64,000 nt of DNA, taken from Limnochordia bacterium. Its GTDB lineage: Bacteria; Bacillota; Limnochordia; DTU080. The notes beneath the pieces are model-generated. The model did not search any database. It saw nothing but the letters and a program-made list of their open reading frames with translations, and was not told the origin of the DNA. Positions 59,292 to 64,000 of this stretch are shown here, piece after piece. How positions within the stretch are numbered: position 1 is the first letter of the stretch; every line of letters starts with the position of its first letter. Position numbers and translations under genes: made by a program. The stretch spans positions 256,001 to 320,000 of the forward strand of contig JBMNJG010000004.1 in assembly GCA_050951545.1 (NCBI GenBank). The letters are read 5' to 3'.

Positions 59292-61082
59292 TTGGGGAGG
59301 ATGCCGCTTATGGAGCCGGTTCGAAACGGGACCACGGTTTCGGTAGTAGACGGTGTGACAAAATCTAAACAGATAACAATCAATGTCGATGGACGCGATG
59401 TGAAGGTGGGCGCCGACCAAAGCTTGTTGGATGCTTTACGTGAGGTTGGCGTATCTATACCGACGCTGTGCCACTGGGATGGTCTACGCGAAGCTGGCGC
59501 ATGCCGCTTGTGTGTAGTTGAAGTAGAGCGTAGCCGGACACTGGTGGCCTCATGTACGCAACCAGTGTCAGAGGGCATGGTAGTTCGCACCCAGACGCCA
59601 AGAATTCGCCAGGCGCGCAAGGTGGTTTTAGAGCTTATTCTGGCCAACCACCCGGAGGACTGCCTCTATTGTCAGCGGAATGAGGACTGCGAACTGCGCC
59701 AGTTGGCTGCTGAGTACGGTGCCGAGCGCCGTTTCAGGGGCCAGCGTCGGCTGGCAGAATGCGACCTCAGCAGCTTCTCATTGGTGCGTGACGCAGAGAA
59801 ATGTGTGCTGTGCCAGCGCTGCGTCACTGTCTGTGACGACATACAGTCGGTAGCCGCCATCACTCCCCTGAAGCGAGGCTTTGACACCTTCATTGGTGTT
59901 GCCTTTGGTAGTGGTGTGGGCGATTCTGAGTGTGTAAACTGCGGGCAGTGCACACGTGTCTGTCCCACTGGTGCTCTGGTAGAGCATGACGATACGGACC
60001 TTGTCTACGCGGCCCTGGCCGACCCCACGAAACACGTGGTAGCCCAGATTGCTCCTGCCGTTCGGGTGAGTGTAGCGCAAGCTTTTGGCATGGATCCTGG
60101 AACGAACTTTGAGGGGCAATTGGTGGCAGGTCTTAAGCTGCTTGGCTTCGACAAGGTGTTTGATACGAACTACACAGCTGACCTCACGATCATGGAAGAG
60201 GCGGCGGAGTTCGTGGGTCGTGTGAAGAATGGTGGACCGTTCCCACTGGTCACTTCCTGCTGCCCAGCATGGATCAAGTTTGCGGAAGAGTACTACCCAG
60301 ATCGGGTCCATCACCTCTCAAGCTGCAAGTCCCCGCAGATGATGATGGGTGCTCTCCTGCACTCGGAGTACGCCCACCAAGAGGGTGCCACCAAAGAGAA
60401 CTCGTACGTCGTCTCGATTATGCCCTGCACAGCCAAGAAATGGGAGCTGAAAGAGGTCTCACCGGGTGACGTGGATGTGGTGTTGACCACCCGCGAGCTG
60501 ATCCGAATGTTCAAGCGTGAATATATCGACTTGGCCAGTCTCGAGCCTGTGCCATTTGACAGAGTGCTGGGCGATTACACGGGCGCTGCTGCGATCTTTG
60601 GCGCCAGTGGCGGTGTCGCCGAAGCAGCCATACGTACGGCTTACAAGATGGTGACGGATGAAGAGCTGGCCGACCCCAATTTCACACCAGTACGCGGTCT
60701 GGCTGGTGTGAAGACTGCCGAGGTAGACGTGGCAGGTCTCAAGGTCAAGGTGGCCGTTCTCAGCGGCTTGCGCAACGTTCGTGAGTTCTTTGCCCGTGAC
60801 GGCTGGGAGAACTACCATCTCATCGAGGTGATGGCCTGTCCTGGCGGCTGCATTAATGGTGGCGGGCAACCCTACGGAGAGGGATGGCCACTGGATGAGT
60901 TGATGAAGAGCCTGTATATCATCGACACGAACTTGCCGCTGCGCCGCTCGCATGAGAACCCCGAAATCGCTGCGCTCTATGAGAAATACCTCGGAGAGCC
61001 AAACTCGCCCGAGGCTCATCGCCTGCTGCATCGGGAGTATAAGGATCGCAGTTATGTCCTGGTGCCCCCGAAAGTCGGGTAA
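59292..61082 (+). CDS. hydA: [FeFe]-hydrogenase catalytic subunit (group A, trimeric bifurcating type)
   Basis: H-cluster motifs TSCCPAW, MPCTAKK.E, EVMACPGGC.NGGGQP; N-terminal 2Fe, His-ligated 4Fe and 2x4Fe motifs; true start probably slightly downstream. Confidence 0.94.
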   Translation: MGRMPLMEPVRNGTTVSVVDGVTKSKQITINVDGRDVKVGADQSLLDALREVGVSIPTLCHWDGLREAGACRLCVVEVERSRTLVASCTQPVSEGMVVRTQTPRIRQARKVVLELILANHPEDCLYCQRNEDCELRQLAAEYGAERRFRGQRRLAECDLSSFSLVRDAEKCVLCQRCVTVCDDIQSVAAITPLKRGFDTFIGVAFGSGVGDSECVNCGQCTRVCPTGALVEHDDTDLVYAALADPTKHVVAQIAPAVRVSVAQAFGMDPGTNFEGQLVAGLKLLGFDKVFDTNYTADLTIMEEAAEFVGRVKNGGPFPLVTSCCPAWIKFAEEYYPDRVHHLSSCKSPQMMMGALLHSEYAHQEGATKENSYVVSIMPCTAKKWELKEVSPGDVDVVLTTRELIRMFKREYIDLASLEPVPFDRVLGDYTGAAAIFGASGGVAEAAIRTAYKMVTDEELADPNFTPVRGLAGVKTAEVDVAGLKVKVAVLSGLRNVREFFARDGWENYHLIEVMACPGGCINGGGQPYGEGWPLDELMKSLYIIDTNLPLRRSHENPEIAALYEKYLGEPNSPEAHRLLHREYKDRSYVLVPPKVG

Positions 61083-61246
61083 CGTCACAGTCACATGGGC
61101 GCCTGATCTGCAGCGGAGGATCACCGACTGGGTGAACAGTGCACGAAGGAAGCGGGCAGGCGACAGAGTCTGCCCGTTTTCGGCATGAGAAAAGGAAAGG
61201 CATATGCCACTATCAGGAATCGGTCAAGTGCGAGAGGAGCCTGAGA

Positions 61247-62506
61247 ATGCGAAAGCTTAGATGCAATCTGGCAATTGTACTGTCTGTCCTTCTACTCTTG
61301 ACGGGAAGCGTGTCTGTAGCGGCGAAGGAGATCACCTTTCTCACAGTCGGTTACACAGCTCAGCTCACTAAGTATCTCCAAGATGAGGTTGTTCCAGAGT
61401 TCCGCAAGATGCACAACACAGATGTCGTGCTCATGAGTGCTAACTGGAACACGCGCATGGAGAGAATTCTAGTACTCACGGCGGGCGGCACGCCGCCTGA
61501 CGTAGTCGTCACTGGCTTCTACTCGCCCTACGAGGAGGGGTCCTTGGGTCTTCTGGAGCCGTTGGATCGCTACTTGTCAGGCTGGAGGTATACGTCACGC
61601 TTTTCAAAGGCCCTGTGGGATGCCATGAGTTGGCGAGGCAATGTCCTGGTCGTACCTCAAAGCCTGGATTTCCGTGGTATCGGCTACAATAAGCAGCTCT
61701 ATGCAGAGTCCGGTCTAGATCCAGAAAGACCACCTGCGAGCTGGAGCGAACTTGTGCAGTACACTCGACGTCTGACCCGCCTCGAGGGAGACAAGGTAGC
61801 CGTACGCGGTTTTTGGTGCACCGATACCGCCGCAGGTGCGGCGCAGCAGCTCTTCTGGTTCATGCGCCAGGCTGGTCTGACCGAGATTGACACCGACACG
61901 TTCACGTCCAACTTATCACACCCTGGGGCTACTGAGGCTCTGCAGACACTGCAGGAGCTGCATGAAGCAGGACACAATGGTATGCCTGCTCTGGGGGGCG
62001 ACTTCGTTCAAGGGCGCCTAGCCATGCGCTATTTCTCGCCGCCCAACATGGCCTCTATGGTGGCCCAAGATCCTGACGTCATGAGTAGGGTGGGCTTGTT
62101 CGCCCCACAACGCACTCCGGATAGCACTCCGGTTGCTCACGTTTTCGCCAATGGTCTAGCCATTCCTAGTGCGAGCAGGAACAAAGACCTGGCGTGGGAA
62201 TGGATCTCCCTACTAACCAGTGATGACGTCATTTTTGAGATTCAGCGCATCGGTTGGCACTTCAGCGGCCGCCTCGACATGCTCCAGAGGATGACTACTG
62301 TGCAACCGGGAATCGGGCTTTGGTACAACATATTCCCGTATCTGCAAGCATCGGTAATTCCTCCGCCGCGCAATACCGCTCAACAAGAACTCGGCAATCT
62401 CATTCTCAAGGTCTACGGTATGCAGATGGCTCCCCAGACGGCCCTTGAACAGGCTCAACCCATCTGGGAACGCCTATTGGCTGACTGGAAGGCTAGCATC
62501 AGGTAG
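61247..62506 (+). CDS. Sugar-family ABC transporter substrate-binding protein
   Basis: Signal peptide; AGGTPPDV, LEPLD, YNK.LY..SGLD...PP..W.EL, LAIP..S.NKDLAWE. Confidence 0.88.
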   Translation: MRKLRCNLAIVLSVLLLLTGSVSVAAKEITFLTVGYTAQLTKYLQDEVVPEFRKMHNTDVVLMSANWNTRMERILVLTAGGTPPDVVVTGFYSPYEEGSLGLLEPLDRYLSGWRYTSRFSKALWDAMSWRGNVLVVPQSLDFRGIGYNKQLYAESGLDPERPPASWSELVQYTRRLTRLEGDKVAVRGFWCTDTAAGAAQQLFWFMRQAGLTEIDTDTFTSNLSHPGATEALQTLQELHEAGHNGMPALGGDFVQGRLAMRYFSPPNMASMVAQDPDVMSRVGLFAPQRTPDSTPVAHVFANGLAIPSASRNKDLAWEWISLLTSDDVIFEIQRIGWHFSGRLDMLQRMTTVQPGIGLWYNIFPYLQASVIPPPRNTAQQELGNLILKVYGMQMAPQTALEQAQPIWERLLADWKASIR

Positions 62507-62544
62507 CGAGAGCCACTTGACACGTAGGAAGAAGGGGGATCTGA

Positions 62545-63816
62545 ATGCGAAGGCACACAGGTCATACTGGCTTGTATCTGGGGCTTTCATTTCTGTTGCT
62601 TTTCGCCTGCACTACCATAGGACTGGCGAAGGAGATCACCTTTCTAGCAGTGGGGTACTCAAGCGGCCTGATGAACTACGTGCAGCAGGAGGTTATCCCT
62701 ACTTTCAGAGCCCGCCACAACGCTGATGTCACGATGATGACGGCAGATTGGAACACCCGCATGGATAGGATCGTAGTGTTGACAGCTGGCGGGACACCTC
62801 CAGATGTCGTGGTGACTGGTTTCTACTCACCCTATGAAGAGGGGTCCATTGGTCTGCTAGAACCCCTAGATCGCTATCTTGAGAGGTGGAAATATACATC
62901 GCGTTTCCCTCGGCAGCTCTGGCACGCTCTAAGCTGGCAAGGGAAAGTGATGGTGATGCCTCAAAACGTAGCGCCTCGGGCAGTCGGGTACAACAAGGAG
63001 CTATACGCACAGTCGGGGCTAGATCCGGATAGGCCACCGCAAGCGTGGGACGAACTGATCCAGTACACGCGACGCTTAACGAGGGTGGATGATGATCGGG
63101 TGGCCGTGCGCGGCTTTTCGATGACTACCACCGCTGCTGGTGCAGCCCAACAGCTTTTCTGGTTCATGCGTCAGGCGGGTCTGACCGAGATCGACACCTC
63201 TACGTTCACGACCAGACTAACCGACCCCAAGGCTCTCGCAGCCCTGCAAATGCTTCAGGAACTCTATGAGGCGGGTCAGAGCAACCTGCCCATTCAGTCT
63301 GGAGGTTTCAATCGGGGTCGCATTGCTATGCAGTACAGTAACCCTCAACAGATGCCGTCCATGATGGCTGCCGATCCCGACCTGCTGTTGAAGAACTTTG
63401 CACTCTTCGCACCGCGTCAGACACCGTCTAGTCCGCCAGTCGTTCATTTATTCACTGATGGGCTAGCGATTCCCAGCGCAAGCAGGAACAAAGATCTGGC
63501 CTGGGAGTTTATCTCACTCCTTTCGAGTGACGACGTGCTTGTCGACATTCAGCGGATAGAGGGTTTCTTCGGCGGGCGTACAGATATGCTGCAGCGGATG
63601 ATGAGTGTACAGCCACGTATCGACTTGTGGTACGATCTGTTCCAGCATATGCAGGCCTCCGTTATTCCCCCCCCGCGTAACACCTCTCAACAGGAGCTGG
63701 GAAACCTGATTCTGCAAGTCTACCGCATGCAGATGGCCCCCTTGGCCGCCCTTGAGCAGGGCCAGGCAGTCTGGAATCGCCTGCTGGACGACTGGAAGGG
63801 CAGTGTGCGCCAGTGA
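62545..63816 (+). CDS. Sugar-family ABC transporter substrate-binding protein (tandem paralogue)
   Basis: Same motifs; long identical stretches shared with the upstream gene. Confidence 0.88.
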   Translation: MRRHTGHTGLYLGLSFLLLFACTTIGLAKEITFLAVGYSSGLMNYVQQEVIPTFRARHNADVTMMTADWNTRMDRIVVLTAGGTPPDVVVTGFYSPYEEGSIGLLEPLDRYLERWKYTSRFPRQLWHALSWQGKVMVMPQNVAPRAVGYNKELYAQSGLDPDRPPQAWDELIQYTRRLTRVDDDRVAVRGFSMTTTAAGAAQQLFWFMRQAGLTEIDTSTFTTRLTDPKALAALQMLQELYEAGQSNLPIQSGGFNRGRIAMQYSNPQQMPSMMAADPDLLLKNFALFAPRQTPSSPPVVHLFTDGLAIPSASRNKDLAWEFISLLSSDDVLVDIQRIEGFFGGRTDMLQRMMSVQPRIDLWYDLFQHMQASVIPPPRNTSQQELGNLILQVYRMQMAPLAALEQGQAVWNRLLDDWKGSVRQ

Positions 63817-63841
63817 GCTAGAGATGTCGGCATTGATGCAT

Positions 63842-63887
63842 AGGCAACGGCACCTCCTCCGAGGGAGAGGCGCCGTTGCCTTTTCTT
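63842..63887 (+). terminator. Rho-independent terminator
   Basis: AGGCAACGGCACCTC...GAGGCGCCGTTGCCT followed by TTTCTT. Confidence 0.8.
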
Positions 63888-64000
63888 GTGACGCTCGACA
63901 CTCTACAGGCGGAAGCAGCTACTACCTACGAACTCCCGCAGGATGGAGTTTGCTGGGATCTCATCGGCGGTCAGAGGAGAGAAATGCTCGACGAGCCACA

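Overview
A GC-rich bacterial chromosomal window. It looks like a Bacillota genome: sigma-A promoters and Gram-positive-type LexA boxes are present. LolA-like and beta-barrel-like proteins hint at a diderm lineage such as Limnochordia (inference). Bases 1-10 kb hold the end of the spc/alpha ribosomal cluster (adk, map, infA, rpmJ, rpsM, rpsK, rpsD, rpoA, rplQ), a single fused ECF A-A'-T gene, truA, rplM and rpsI. The rest is mostly housekeeping and metabolic genes: class A PBP, GGDEF/HD-GYP protein, RND pump, M16 peptidases, lepB, eda, nth, rbsK, lon, typA, a trimeric [FeFe]-hydrogenase with a Rex box, and two paralogous ABC binding proteins. Three things stand out. (1) A TPR protein with a degenerate HD-GYP domain (39241-40728) is followed directly by a separately promoted, secreted 102-aa precursor carrying three copies of GPMLPGGSW. 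This is a candidate RRNPP-like peptide-signalling pair whose output is a cyclic-dinucleotide domain rather than an HTH. (2) About 4.4 tandem copies of a ~410-bp structured, apparently non-coding repeat (27575-29389) sit directly upstream of an HTH + Vsr/DUF559-like nuclease gene. (3) A split imuB-like / DUF6504-dnaE2 mutagenesis cassette has a LexA box in front of each half and flanks that repeat-nuclease block. All family calls come from reading motifs by eye; no searches were run.
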